From the NCBI GenBank assembly GCA_038844785.1, contig JAWBRA010000008.1:1-64000 (forward strand): a DNA stretch of 64,000 nucleotides, given 5' to 3'. The notes beneath the pieces were generated by a model, which saw only the letters and a list, made by a program, of their open reading frames with translations, was not told where the DNA came from and searched no databases. The position numbers and the translations under genes are program-made. This document shows, one piece after another, positions 9,342-18,682 of this stretch (the stretch's first letter is position 1; each line of letters starts with the position of its first letter). The DNA is from Candidatus Caldarchaeum sp. (GTDB lineage Archaea > Thermoproteota > Nitrososphaeria_A > Caldarchaeales > Caldarchaeaceae).

Positions 9342-10805
9342 CTAGGCCATCCTCCTTAACCTCGGGCTGACAACAGGCTCTAGACCAAGCGATATCATAA
9401 CGAAGGTGAAGGATGTCAAAGCTATTAGCGCTCCTGGCGGAAGTATCCACCACCAAAGCCCTAGGTTCACCCCACCGCTTCTGAAAGCGTACTCAAGTAT
9501 CTGGCCCCAGCTTGGAAGAGAGGGGTCGCCTAAGCCGAGGAAGCTTAAGGCCGCCTCCGCAAGAATAGCTGAAGGAGTCGAGAATATCATCTGTGATATT
9601 AAGAAGGGGGCTATCTGCGGCATTATGTGCCTGAACATTATTCTGCTACGGCTCACTCCCAGAGATTCGGCCGCCTCCACATACTGAGCTGTCCTTGCCT
9701 GAAGGACTATTGACCGCACCACTATAGCTAAACCAGACCAGCCGAAGGCCACCAGTATGAATACAATTATCCAGATGCTTGGTTTAAGGATAAATGTGAA
9801 GAATATTAGAAGGGGCAGCAAGGGTATGTTGTTGAGCACATCACATAATCTTTGAATTGCTTCGTCGACTTTACCGCCCACGTAGCCGCTGACCATTCCT
9901 AGGGATGAGCCGATGGCTGTGGTTAAAACAGAGGTAATAAAGCCGATGAGGAGGGCTACGGGGAAGCCGAAAAGCAACCCCGTCGCAAGGTCTCGTCCAA
10001 GCCTGTCCGTACCCATTAGGCCGTAAACCTTCCCGCCGACGACGTAAGAAACCCGTCCAACCCTGTCGTCGGAGCTGTTTCTGACAACGCTTACCGCAAT
10101 AGAGTAATCTCCGGCCAGCGGCGTGAACCCATCTACGCTTGGACGGCCGAACAAAACCTTCTCCACACCGATGCTCACAACCTCTTCAGCTGTTAAAGAA
10201 AAGCCATACCCAGATTCGAGAAACCTGCTCAGATACTGTCCGGCTTGGATGTCGCCGCTAAGATACACGCGTAACGGCGTTTCGAAATGCCGTCGGTATG
10301 GGCTGGCCTCCCCCGGCACGGGCGGCGAAACCGTTAAAATGTAAAACAACGCCATCCTGCCATCCGGCCTAACAAGCTCGAAAAGCAAAGTCGGAGGCCT
10401 TTCATGGTATAGGACGTCTGCGACGGTTATTGAAACAAAGCTGGGGAAGTCATCATACCGGTAACTGAAGCTTTTCTCTGTTTTGTCGCCGGGGTTTTCA
10501 AAAGTCATGACGATGTTTGTGGGCGCAGGCTTAGGGGAAAAAAGGTTAGTCCACTCTGGCGGCGCCTCCTTCGGATTGTCCGCCCAGTATGAGGGGTTGT
10601 TCCAGAAGCGTGTTCCAAAATCCAGTGGATACACAACTACTACATAGACCGAAACTATAACCTGCGCAGCCAGAAGAAAAACACCTGCTTTCGAGATGTT
10701 CGAAGACCAGAAAACTCTCCAAGCCGTTTCCTGTGTCAACCCTCCTCTAACGGCTCGGGAAAAGTATTTGAGCATAATAATGTTACCGCAGCCTCTGCAG
10801 CACAA
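9342..10805 (-). CDS. oppC: Oligopeptide ABC transporter permease (OppC/DppC) with large extracytoplasmic domain; start probably ~10740-10775
   Basis: GTDRLGRD, YVEAAESLG EAA loop, EAALSFLGLG, WWW..PPG, PRLR. Confidence 0.88.
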   Translation of the reverse strand: MCCRGCGNIIMLKYFSRAVRGGLTQETAWRVFWSSNISKAGVFLLAAQVIVSVYVVVVYPLDFGTRFWNNPSYWADNPKEAPPEWTNLFSPKPAPTNIVMTFENPGDKTEKSFSYRYDDFPSFVSITVADVLYHERPPTLLFELVRPDGRMALFYILTVSPPVPGEASPYRRHFETPLRVYLSGDIQAGQYLSRFLESGYGFSLTAEEVVSIGVEKVLFGRPSVDGFTPLAGDYSIAVSVVRNSSDDRVGRVSYVVGGKVYGLMGTDRLGRDLATGLLFGFPVALLIGFITSVLTTAIGSSLGMVSGYVGGKVDEAIQRLCDVLNNIPLLPLLIFFTFILKPSIWIIVFILVAFGWSGLAIVVRSIVLQARTAQYVEAAESLGVSRSRIMFRHIMPQIAPFLISQMIFSTPSAILAEAALSFLGLGDPSLPSWGQILEYAFRSGGVNLGLWWWILPPGALIALTSFTFVMISLGLEPVVSPRLRRMA

Positions 10806-10995
10806 CCAGCGTGCAGCAAATCGCAGAAATTTTTCGAGATGTTATTATTGCGGAGACAGTTGTTGAGGGCGGCTAGGCTACGCTGCAAGCGTCTCCAACA
10901 CTATACCTGAGGTAGCGATATCCAGTTAACCTTTCCTTCATACTGTACGACGTGCTTTATCCGTATGATCAGCCTATCTGAAGCGAATATGCCTA

Positions 10996-11874
10996 TCAAG
11001 GCCTCCAGCCACTGAGCAGCAACAACGTGAAGGAAACAGCCAAAACGTCCGCTGTTGCAGCTGGTTTAAAACCCGCGTTGGAAATCTTTTCAGCAAGCTC
11101 CTGCAACATATCACGTCCCTTAGCCGTGGCTGCTCCTCCAGCGTCAAGCACCTCTCCCGCCATTCTAGAGAGCATCCTCGCAGCAGCCCTCCCATGCATT
11201 CTAGCGACATGGCTGTCAGGCTGATGTTTTAATATGTTGAGGAAGGTGTTTACACCCGCCGTGTTCAAATCGGTTTTACGGATCTGTTTTTTAAGGTAAC
11301 TATATCCGTGTGTGAAGCTGTTGCGGTAGCATGTTGAGTATTCCGTTGCAACAACCTCGAACCCCTTATACGGTTGGAGGGCGTCCAACACCGTTATACG
11401 GCGTTTGGTTATTTCCGCGTAAGTTTTGTCACTGTATACATCCAAGTAGGCGACATGTCCTAGATGGCTTGGGTTCACGTTTTTTATTGCTTTGAAAATG
11501 TCCAACGTATCCGTGTAGTCCATGTTCTTTAAAACAAACCTTAAGCATGTTCTGAGCTCGGCAAATTTATTGCACTCGGCTGCCGCTTTTGCTAGAGGTG
11601 TCAGAAGCAGTAGTGCTCCGAGATGCGTGTTGCCTCCATTTTGCCAAGACAGCATGTCCTTACATGCATGGAAGACTACGCCGCCAACACTCCTCCCTTC
11701 CGCAGCATCGCGGAAATGTTTGTATAATGCTATAGATGAGCTCATGAACTGTGAGAATAATATTGGGTTTGAAGAACGGTCTACTAGGCCTGGTTTTGGT
11801 GTTGTAGCAAGTTCGAGCAGAAGTCCAAGCGTGCAACAGCGAGCAACATCATCAGAGGTGTAAAGCATCGTCAT
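10996..11874 (-). CDS. citG: CitG family triphosphoribosyl-dephospho-CoA synthase-like protein
   Basis: LE...TPKPGLVDR, NTHLGALLLL.PL, PDSHVAR.HG, PAATAD. Confidence 0.85.
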   Translation of the reverse strand: MTMLYTSDDVARCCTLGLLLELATTPKPGLVDRSSNPILFSQFMSSSIALYKHFRDAAEGRSVGGVVFHACKDMLSWQNGGNTHLGALLLLTPLAKAAAECNKFAELRTCLRFVLKNMDYTDTLDIFKAIKNVNPSHLGHVAYLDVYSDKTYAEITKRRITVLDALQPYKGFEVVATEYSTCYRNSFTHGYSYLKKQIRKTDLNTAGVNTFLNILKHQPDSHVARMHGRAAARMLSRMAGEVLDAGGAATAKGRDMLQELAEKISNAGFKPAATADVLAVSFTLLLLSGWRP

Positions 11875-12689
11875 GTCAGGAGATACACTGTTACCGAGAG
11901 AATAAGAGCGGTTAAAATTGTTATCGGTAAACCTGGGAAAACCGGCCTTTCTTTCGCAAGCCTAAGCGTGATGAGGTATCCAGCAACGATTCCTATGAAG
12001 GCCGCTGTTGCTGGTACTATCCCAAAATTAGTGTTGGCGAAAGAGTATAGAACCGTGTAGAAAAAAAGGTCGCCCAAACCTATGCTGACGCCGCGGAAAT
12101 CTACCACTAAGCCTTTGATGCTGCTGGTGTCAACCTCTCCTAAAGTTTTTAAATGGCCCTTGAAAACGGCGACCGAATCATACACCGAAATAGCTACCAA
12201 AAGCACGAGGGAGGTCCAGAAGGGTATCGAAGAACCTACGACAACACCAGAGGATGAAGCTATGTAGGATGAAGCGAGAAGCCCGGCGACCTCTGAACGT
12301 GACAATATTCCCGCTAAGGTGAGCAAAGCAACTGCAACCGCAAACCCCATCACCACGTCAATATTCAAGTCGGTTAGAATCAGCAGATAGAATGTTGTCA
12401 CCGCTGTAGCAGCTATGAAGAAAACTGAAAGAATCAACAGACGCACAACCTTTCTATGTCTCAAAATCATTATGATCGCTAGACTTCCTACGAACATGGA
12501 TGTGACAACTATCAATGTGTTGACGTACGGTGTTGGGGTGAGAAGCTGAGATACGTCCTGCCCACCCTCTTCAGGGATAGGGGTTACTGCTGGAGGGGGA
12601 AGCCTGACTCCTTCAACAGACAGCTGGAATAAAACGGCCATAGCTAACGTCAATAACACTGGAAAAGTTTTGGACAGATACTCTTTCAC
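11871..12689 (-). CDS. Presenilin/signal peptide peptidase-like GxGD intramembrane aspartyl protease
   Basis: Multi-TM; YD (SVYDSVAVF) and GLGD (IGLGDLFFY) catalytic motifs; PAL-equivalent PGLP. Confidence 0.85.
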   Translation of the reverse strand: MKEYLSKTFPVLLTLAMAVLFQLSVEGVRLPPPAVTPIPEEGGQDVSQLLTPTPYVNTLIVVTSMFVGSLAIIMILRHRKVVRLLILSVFFIAATAVTTFYLLILTDLNIDVVMGFAVAVALLTLAGILSRSEVAGLLASSYIASSSGVVVGSSIPFWTSLVLLVAISVYDSVAVFKGHLKTLGEVDTSSIKGLVVDFRGVSIGLGDLFFYTVLYSFANTNFGIVPATAAFIGIVAGYLITLRLAKERPVFPGLPITILTALILSVTVYLLT

Positions 12690-12766
12690 AGCCCATTTAG
12701 GGATGAAACTGGCGGATTAAATAGATTTTAAAAATCGTTTATATACGTCCATTCACCTCTCAAACC

Positions 12767-13519
12767 GTGGCTAAGAAAGAACTACCCAAGTATGTATCAA
12801 CTGGTATCGCTGGTTTGGACACGCTTTTGGATGGCAAAGGGTTCCCCGCCGGCTACAACATTGTTGTGATGGGCTCGCCTGGCTCTGGGAAAACAACGTT
12901 TGGGCTTCAGTTTCTACACCATGGGTGCAAAATAGGAGAGAACGGCGTGTACGTGACGCTGGACGAAAACCCTGAGAAGGTTCTGGCAAACGCCGGAAAC
13001 GTGGGGATAGGCCTACAGCCATTGTTGGACGAAGGCCTTTTAGCGATAGTCGACGCCTCGCCTATAAGAACTATCCCAGGCCAAGTAAAGATCGGGAGTA
13101 TTTCGATAGGTAAAAAAGATTTTTCGCTGACTGCTCTAATAGCAGCGGTTACCAACCACGTCCGCAACGTCAACGCTAAACGTCTTGTAATCGACTCTCT
13201 CACCTCATTCTTCCTGCAGTACCCTAGAGGGGCTGAGAGGCGGGCGGCTTTCATGGAGCTTCTGGAAGGCATCACTCCGCTTAGATGCACGACACTCTTG
13301 CTGACAGAGCTGAGGATGAGTGGTTCAGACAGGATTTACCAGTTCGAGGAATATCTCGCAGACGGCGTAGTGATTCTAAGAAAATATTCGAAAGACTCGG
13401 TGGTGCTCCAGTCTATACAGATCGAGAAAATGAGGGGTGTCAACCACAACGTGGAGGCTCATCCCTACAGGTTTGTTCAGGGCGGTATAGAGGTTTTCCC
13501 AACGGAGAAGGTTATCTAA
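12767..13519 (+). CDS. Single-domain KaiC/RAD55-like RecA-superfamily ATPase
   Basis: STGIAGLDTLL, GSPGSGKTT Walker A, YVTLDE, RLVIDS Walker B, EEYLADGVV, IEKMRG. Confidence 0.92.
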   Translation: MAKKELPKYVSTGIAGLDTLLDGKGFPAGYNIVVMGSPGSGKTTFGLQFLHHGCKIGENGVYVTLDENPEKVLANAGNVGIGLQPLLDEGLLAIVDASPIRTIPGQVKIGSISIGKKDFSLTALIAAVTNHVRNVNAKRLVIDSLTSFFLQYPRGAERRAAFMELLEGITPLRCTTLLLTELRMSGSDRIYQFEEYLADGVVILRKYSKDSVVLQSIQIEKMRGVNHNVEAHPYRFVQGGIEVFPTEKVI

Positions 13520-13551
13520 AGACTTATCTTTTTTCATGTATTATCAAATAC

Positions 13552-14727
13552 ATGACAAGTTTTAAGGGAGAGGTTAATGAAGGTTTAGACCCCTTCACGA
13601 AAGCGGCTGGGCTGATGCTGCTGAGGTACGTTGCCGGCGGACACAAGGAGTTTAGGGAGATGATTACGTTGATAAGGTCTGCTTCAACCTACTTCGAGCA
13701 CACCCTCAGAAAAATCCTTAACGGACCACGTGCCGCAACATACGATGAGCTTCTCGAGCTTGGCGTCATGAAGAAAAAATACATACCCTACGCAGCTTAC
13801 ATGGCTACCATCTCCACTTATCCGCTGCTCGTTTACACCGCTTCGAAGTCTCAGATGCTTTCAACTGTTCTGGCAAAGATGGCGCTGATACTCAGCATTA
13901 AGGTTCTCGACAACATTAACGATACCTACCACAGCTTAGAGGAAGCCGCTCAGTCTCTGGACAGGCAGGCAAAGGCTATAGCCAATGGCGAATTCCATGT
14001 CCTTGAAGGCACAGACATCGTAAAAAAAGCAGAAAACTCATGTTTGCTAATGGGGCTGCTGGTCAATTATTGGCTTAGGAATAAGGTTCCAAACGCCAAC
14101 ATAACTAGAAAACTCTTTCTCCTCGACTTGAAAAAATACATAGAAGGGCAATGTTCAACCTTTAAACAGCAGGACAAGGATGCCAGAGTATCACTAAGTA
14201 TCTACGACTATCTGCGGGCTATGAATGAGAAGGGCGTCGGACGGGTGTGGGTTGGTCTAGACCTTTGCATGCTCGAGAACACCAGCCTAAAGACCTCGCA
14301 AGACTACAGAGCAGTTATCCCCATCCGTAAAGCATTCGACTACATCTTCAAGTCTTCGAACTATTATGACGACGTAGCCGATTTGGAGGCTGACCTCAAA
14401 GCCGGTATCTGGAACAGCGTTGTTTATCTCGGAAAGGACTTGCGTTTGATAGCCAGCCCACAGGACGCGGTTAAAAACAACGCTTTAAAACGCTATACAA
14501 TAAGGCTGGGCGACCTCCACTATCTAATCGGCCTCCAGTTTTTAAACCAAGCTTCGAAACACATAGCGTTCAGATGCAGCAGTCTAAAGGCATCCATGCA
14601 TGTGTTCAGGTATTTTACCGTGAGGAAGTGGTTGTTAAAATCCAAAAACCCGTTAAACTTGATAGACTTCCTAGGGGCTAGGGCGCCGCCGGAGCTTCTG
14701 CGCTACGCCGAGTTTATCAAAGGCTAG
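13552..14727 (+). CDS. Class I isoprenoid synthase (terpene synthase/trans-prenyltransferase) fold protein, divergent
   Basis: Helical pattern; first Asp-rich motif LDNINDT, EGQ, second motif YYDDVADLEAD..AG.WN; ATG at 13552 (the 13285 start overlaps the ATPase gene). Confidence 0.62.
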   Translation: MTSFKGEVNEGLDPFTKAAGLMLLRYVAGGHKEFREMITLIRSASTYFEHTLRKILNGPRAATYDELLELGVMKKKYIPYAAYMATISTYPLLVYTASKSQMLSTVLAKMALILSIKVLDNINDTYHSLEEAAQSLDRQAKAIANGEFHVLEGTDIVKKAENSCLLMGLLVNYWLRNKVPNANITRKLFLLDLKKYIEGQCSTFKQQDKDARVSLSIYDYLRAMNEKGVGRVWVGLDLCMLENTSLKTSQDYRAVIPIRKAFDYIFKSSNYYDDVADLEADLKAGIWNSVVYLGKDLRLIASPQDAVKNNALKRYTIRLGDLHYLIGLQFLNQASKHIAFRCSSLKASMHVFRYFTVRKWLLKSKNPLNLIDFLGARAPPELLRYAEFIKG

Positions 14728-15575
14728 CTGCAACATCGATAAAGTAGCGTAGCAAGCGTCAAGAAAGATATAGCCGAGCACCCCCAGAAAACATGCTTCC
14801 ATAACCCCTCTTTAAACAGAAGGAAAGCCAGCATCGTCGCCTGGGCAAGCAGTGATGAAATCGCCGCGGTTTTGAGCTGGACTTCGAGAAACGCCACATA
14901 TGTTACCGCTATAAACAGGAGTGCCAAAGCTAAAACAACTGCTTTCCTAGTCCCAAAAATCAAAGGAATTGTCTTATCTCCTATCAAACGGTCTCCTTTT
15001 ACGTCCCCTATATCCTGAACAGTGTGGATTGATAGACCCATGAGAAAGAGAGGCGGAACAGCTGCGATGGATGATAATGGGTTGCGTCCTGTCAAGACAG
15101 CAGCGGCGGTAAACGGTATAAGCAAAGTATGCGATACGAGGATGGAGCCTTTCACAGCTGGAAAGCGTTTCAGCCTGATTCTCGGCGCCGAGTAAAAAAA
15201 TGCAAACAGCAGGTCAAGAAAAAGTATTAGACCCGCCACGACGTTCACAAACGCAATCAGCAAGGCGACAACCATAGATAATGCGCATAAAAACGTTGAA
15301 TACCTTAATGCCTCCTTCGGTGTTATGATGCCAGCTGGTATGGGAAAGTTTTTTTTAGTTATCGCGTCCGATTTCACGTCCATTATGTTGTTGTAGCTGT
15401 TCAGAAACGCTGTTGCGAGGAGAAAAAAGGTTCCAAAAAAGAGTATTTCCCACATGGCTGAGACTCCGACAAGCAGAGAAGTGAAAAGAGCCAGAAGAGG
15501 GGAAGCGAAAAGCGAAAAGTATGATTTGTTTAAGGCAGCGAACCCGAGAAGCTTATGTCTATTCAAGCTCACCAC
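14724..15575 (-). CDS. UbiA family integral-membrane prenyltransferase
   Basis: NNIMDVKSD (NxxxDxxxD), PIPAG, YSAPRIRLK, QDIGDVKGD...G.KTIPL.FG. Confidence 0.9.
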   Translation of the reverse strand: MVSLNRHKLLGFAALNKSYFSLFASPLLALFTSLLVGVSAMWEILFFGTFFLLATAFLNSYNNIMDVKSDAITKKNFPIPAGIITPKEALRYSTFLCALSMVVALLIAFVNVVAGLILFLDLLFAFFYSAPRIRLKRFPAVKGSILVSHTLLIPFTAAAVLTGRNPLSSIAAVPPLFLMGLSIHTVQDIGDVKGDRLIGDKTIPLIFGTRKAVVLALALLFIAVTYVAFLEVQLKTAAISSLLAQATMLAFLLFKEGLWKHVFWGCSAISFLTLATLLYRCCS

Positions 15576-15598
15576 TTACCGAACAGCGGCCGTCTTAT

Positions 15599-17071
15599 TC
15601 AAAGGATTGTTGTTTTGAAGCTGCAACTTTCAGCACCCATCGCACGGCATGAAATCTCAAAACAATCCGTCTTCATTTTCAGACAAACAGCCAACACACC
15701 GGTAACCACGCTAGAAACAAACTTGTCGCAATACGGTGAATCACTGCTAACACTTTCGCATAAATGGCAGCGCTTAACCTCGAAAACCCAGCTGTTATTA
15801 CCGGCTGCTGTGACAGCAATGTCTAGACCCCATCCCGCCTTAAGGGTGATGGCTATAAGCTTAGGCGCATCACTCACGTTGAAAACTGTGTAGTAAGTTC
15901 CTTCAAGCCTTTTGATGTATTCAAGCGCAGTTTTCCTAGCCGACAGTTGTCCGAAATAGTAGGTGGCAAGCCTAGCTTCGGTACGCAGTTCAGCCCTCTT
16001 AATCGCAGAATAGTCGACGATTTTTTTCATCGCTTCTAATACTGCCAGATGAGCGTCGAGCGGTACGGTTCGCACACGTTTTCCAAGAAAGCCTTTCGAG
16101 AGCGAAACGAGAAAGACAGCTAAACTGGCCGGCACCTTGAGAAGGAGTTTGCTTTTCAACTTTAACCCTTTTCTCCTAGGCATTGGTGAAACATTGTCAA
16201 CCTCTTCCAAGTTCAGGATTCCGGATACAACCCATGTTGCAATTTTCTCCTCCAGTTCAGTCCAAATCTCCGGGAAGAGATGTTTTACAACCGACACGGT
16301 ATTACCGTCCATGCTTGTCAAAAGCATGTAGTCGGATATGGACATAAGCTCGGGATTTGCTTCAGCAACCTTGATCATAAGCCTGTCTGCCTTGCTGTCT
16401 AATTCATTTTTAATTTCGTCGACCGACTTCGCGGGAGCTGGGAGTTCTTCGAGAAGCGCTCCCTTCCACTCAACCAAGAGCCTTCCACCCGTTATCTCAT
16501 ACTGTATGTTTTTGAGATGAAACTGAGGGTCACACCCTCTTACCGGAGTCATGTAAAAGAGAAGCTGGCTCCCACTCCTGACGACCGATATGTCTATCAC
16601 AGAGTCAACTATGGCTCTCACCTTTTTCTCGAAATCCCCGAATGTGTTCCGGGGCAGCAGGTAAAACTCGATGCTCTTAGAGCTGGACACATCCTTCTGC
16701 CATATTTCAAGAAGTTTCAAAACCTCGTCGGGGTTGTGTCTTACTAGAAGCTCGGGGAGGTAGGTGTGTATGAAAACCTTTCCCTTCTCGGCGCGACGTC
16801 TCTGATTAACTTGTATGGACAGGTCCTGCAAGGACCCGATAGATACGGTGGCTTGGCTTTTTCCAACTGCTTGATGACGGCTTGACGCAATCTCCACCAC
16901 AGAATCTTTTCGGCTGCGGAAAAGCGTCCTTAAAAACGTAAGTCCTTCGCTGAAGGTCTCATCGGCCACAAGCACTGTAGATCCGGGACGAAGCCATACA
17001 ATCCTGTCGAAAACAGAGTGGCCGGACAGGAAAGACGACCTCTCTCCTTTCTCCACGTCGGCGGCCGTCAT
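15599..17071 (-). CDS. Inactivated KaiC-like ATPase domain fused to a C-terminal V4R domain
   Basis: SGHSVFDRI..LRPGSTVLV and AIVDSVIDI resemble KaiC without the GKT; C-terminal CHLCE....PYC....GVL....EISCRAMGAESCSF V4R signature. Confidence 0.75.
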   Translation of the reverse strand: MTAADVEKGERSSFLSGHSVFDRIVWLRPGSTVLVADETFSEGLTFLRTLFRSRKDSVVEIASSRHQAVGKSQATVSIGSLQDLSIQVNQRRRAEKGKVFIHTYLPELLVRHNPDEVLKLLEIWQKDVSSSKSIEFYLLPRNTFGDFEKKVRAIVDSVIDISVVRSGSQLLFYMTPVRGCDPQFHLKNIQYEITGGRLLVEWKGALLEELPAPAKSVDEIKNELDSKADRLMIKVAEANPELMSISDYMLLTSMDGNTVSVVKHLFPEIWTELEEKIATWVVSGILNLEEVDNVSPMPRRKGLKLKSKLLLKVPASLAVFLVSLSKGFLGKRVRTVPLDAHLAVLEAMKKIVDYSAIKRAELRTEARLATYYFGQLSARKTALEYIKRLEGTYYTVFNVSDAPKLIAITLKAGWGLDIAVTAAGNNSWVFEVKRCHLCESVSSDSPYCDKFVSSVVTGVLAVCLKMKTDCFEISCRAMGAESCSFKTTIL

Positions 17072-17140
17072 CAGCGGTTCAAAAACCCATTCAGTCGCTT
17101 AAAGGCTTTTCACGCCAATTCAATTCTACGGCAAGATAAT

Positions 17141-17890
17141 TCAACGCCCGGCTAATTCGCCGTCGTTGGCCTTCAACACACCTCTTGAAAAAACGATTAA
17201 AGCACCGCCCATCATCCTCTCCTGAAGGTCAACATCTTTGAAGAAACTTTGGAGCAAGTTTTTCAATTCACTGTTGGTCGGCAGCCGCTCATAGGTTTTA
17301 TAAATCGAGTACACGCTGAGACCAGCCAATCCAAATCTGAAGAACGCTAGGCAAGGAGCTATGAACCTCCAGTAAAACCCTATCGCCAACGTTTTTAAAC
17401 GGTTGTCAGGCTTTCCTAAATCCACTACTATCAGCTTTCCTCCAAGGCCCACAACACGTCTGACCTCAGACAATGCGGCCCTCATGTCTCTAGCATCTCT
17501 GAGTGAGAAACCCATCAAAACACTGTTGAACACGTTGTCCCTGAAAGGCATTCTTTCGAAAACAGCTATTACGGGATGAGTTTTTGTTTTAGAAACCTTT
17601 TGAGAAGCGTTCGAAAGCATCTCCGCCAGAGTATCCAGCATCACGACATCACGTACACCTGGCTGTTGTTTCAGCAAAATTTCTGTAAACACCCCGTTTC
17701 CAGCGCCGGCGTCCAAAACAACCTCATCTTCACAGACTCTGCCCGATATTCCTTCAACCCTTAAACCTACGTCAGAGTTGAATGAAATAACCTTGTTGAG
17801 CTTATCGTAGACAGGGGCAACCTTACGGAGAGACTCTAAAACCTCAGGCCAAAACTCCCAAAGACCAGGCCTCTCGCTGACCATGCTCAA
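17141..17890 (-). CDS. UbiE/MenG-like SAM-dependent methyltransferase
   Basis: VAPVYDKLNKVISF, VLDAGAGNG motif I, MPFRDN.F, GFSLRD, EVRRV...GG. Confidence 0.85.
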   Translation of the reverse strand: MSMVSERPGLWEFWPEVLESLRKVAPVYDKLNKVISFNSDVGLRVEGISGRVCEDEVVLDAGAGNGVFTEILLKQQPGVRDVVMLDTLAEMLSNASQKVSKTKTHPVIAVFERMPFRDNVFNSVLMGFSLRDARDMRAALSEVRRVVGLGGKLIVVDLGKPDNRLKTLAIGFYWRFIAPCLAFFRFGLAGLSVYSIYKTYERLPTNSELKNLLQSFFKDVDLQERMMGGALIVFSRGVLKANDGELAGR

Positions 17891-17938
17891 ACCATCATGA
17901 CCGCCGGAGATTTAAACCACTTTGCCGTTTAATGACTG

Positions 17939-18682
17939 ATGAAAAAAGAGGTTGAGGAGGCTGTTGAAATACTGCAGACAGTTTTCAACCTGAACTCATA
18001 CCAGGCCAAAGCCTATGTAGCCGTGCTGTCGGGATGTAAAACGGCTAAAGATGTTTCCAGTAAAACAGGCATCCCGGTCACGAGGGTTTACGACACGCTA
18101 CAAAGGTTGTTGGAGCTGGGGCTCGTCTTAAAAACCGGGAAAGGATACCAGCCGCTGGAGTCTAGGTACGCCCTAACAAGCCTGCTGGAAAAAGAGAAAT
18201 CGAAGGTTGAGATGGAGTTCAAAGAGAAGAGCAGGAAACTGGAGAGGTTTCTCAAGCTGGCGGAGCTTTTCAGCCAGCCTACGGAGCATGAAGCAGACAC
18301 AGCCGTGTTAAAGGGTCTGGACCCCGTTCTCATCAAGACGGCGGAAGTATGCAGCAGAGGTTCGACTCTCGTCTTCGCCGTCAGAAAAGCAGTCAAGCTC
18401 AAGCAAGAATTCAAGAAAGCAGTCCAGCAAACCCAATCGAAAAACATCATCTTCTTACTCCACCCATCCGTAACCATCGACGACGATGACAGAGAATTTT
18501 TCAACATGTTGGGAGCAAAGGTTGTCCAGAGCCAAGCAATACTGCTCGACATTCTTGTAAACGACGCCGGCGAGGCTTTGATAGGTCTTCCTTTAGACGG
18601 GGAGCCTGTGGCTGTTTGGGTCCGGCACCATGGCTTTGCAGGCTCTCTTCTGGATGCTTTGCTAGAGCTGATGAAGCATTAA
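17939..18682 (+). CDS. TrmB family transcription regulator
   Basis: LNSYQAKAYVA.L, TA.DVS.KTGIP.TRVYDTL..L...GLV. Confidence 0.85.
   Translation: MKKEVEEAVEILQTVFNLNSYQAKAYVAVLSGCKTAKDVSSKTGIPVTRVYDTLQRLLELGLVLKTGKGYQPLESRYALTSLLEKEKSKVEMEFKEKSRKLERFLKLAELFSQPTEHEADTAVLKGLDPVLIKTAEVCSRGSTLVFAVRKAVKLKQEFKKAVQQTQSKNIIFLLHPSVTIDDDDREFFNMLGAKVVQSQAILLDILVNDAGEALIGLPLDGEPVAVWVRHHGFAGSLLDALLELMKH

Noticed and set aside
10877-11000. Short minus-strand coding-like stretch (MIGIFASDRLIIRIKHVVQYEGKV...)
   Set aside because: About 40 codons, needs a frameshift, no recognisable family
12767-13519. A true circadian KaiC clock
   Set aside because: Single domain, no Ser-Thr phosphosite pair at the EEYLAD position, no kaiA/kaiB in the window
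13285-13551. N-terminal 89 aa of the 480-aa ORF
   Set aside because: Overlaps the KaiC-like gene in another frame; ATG at 13552 after the ATPase stop is the plausible start
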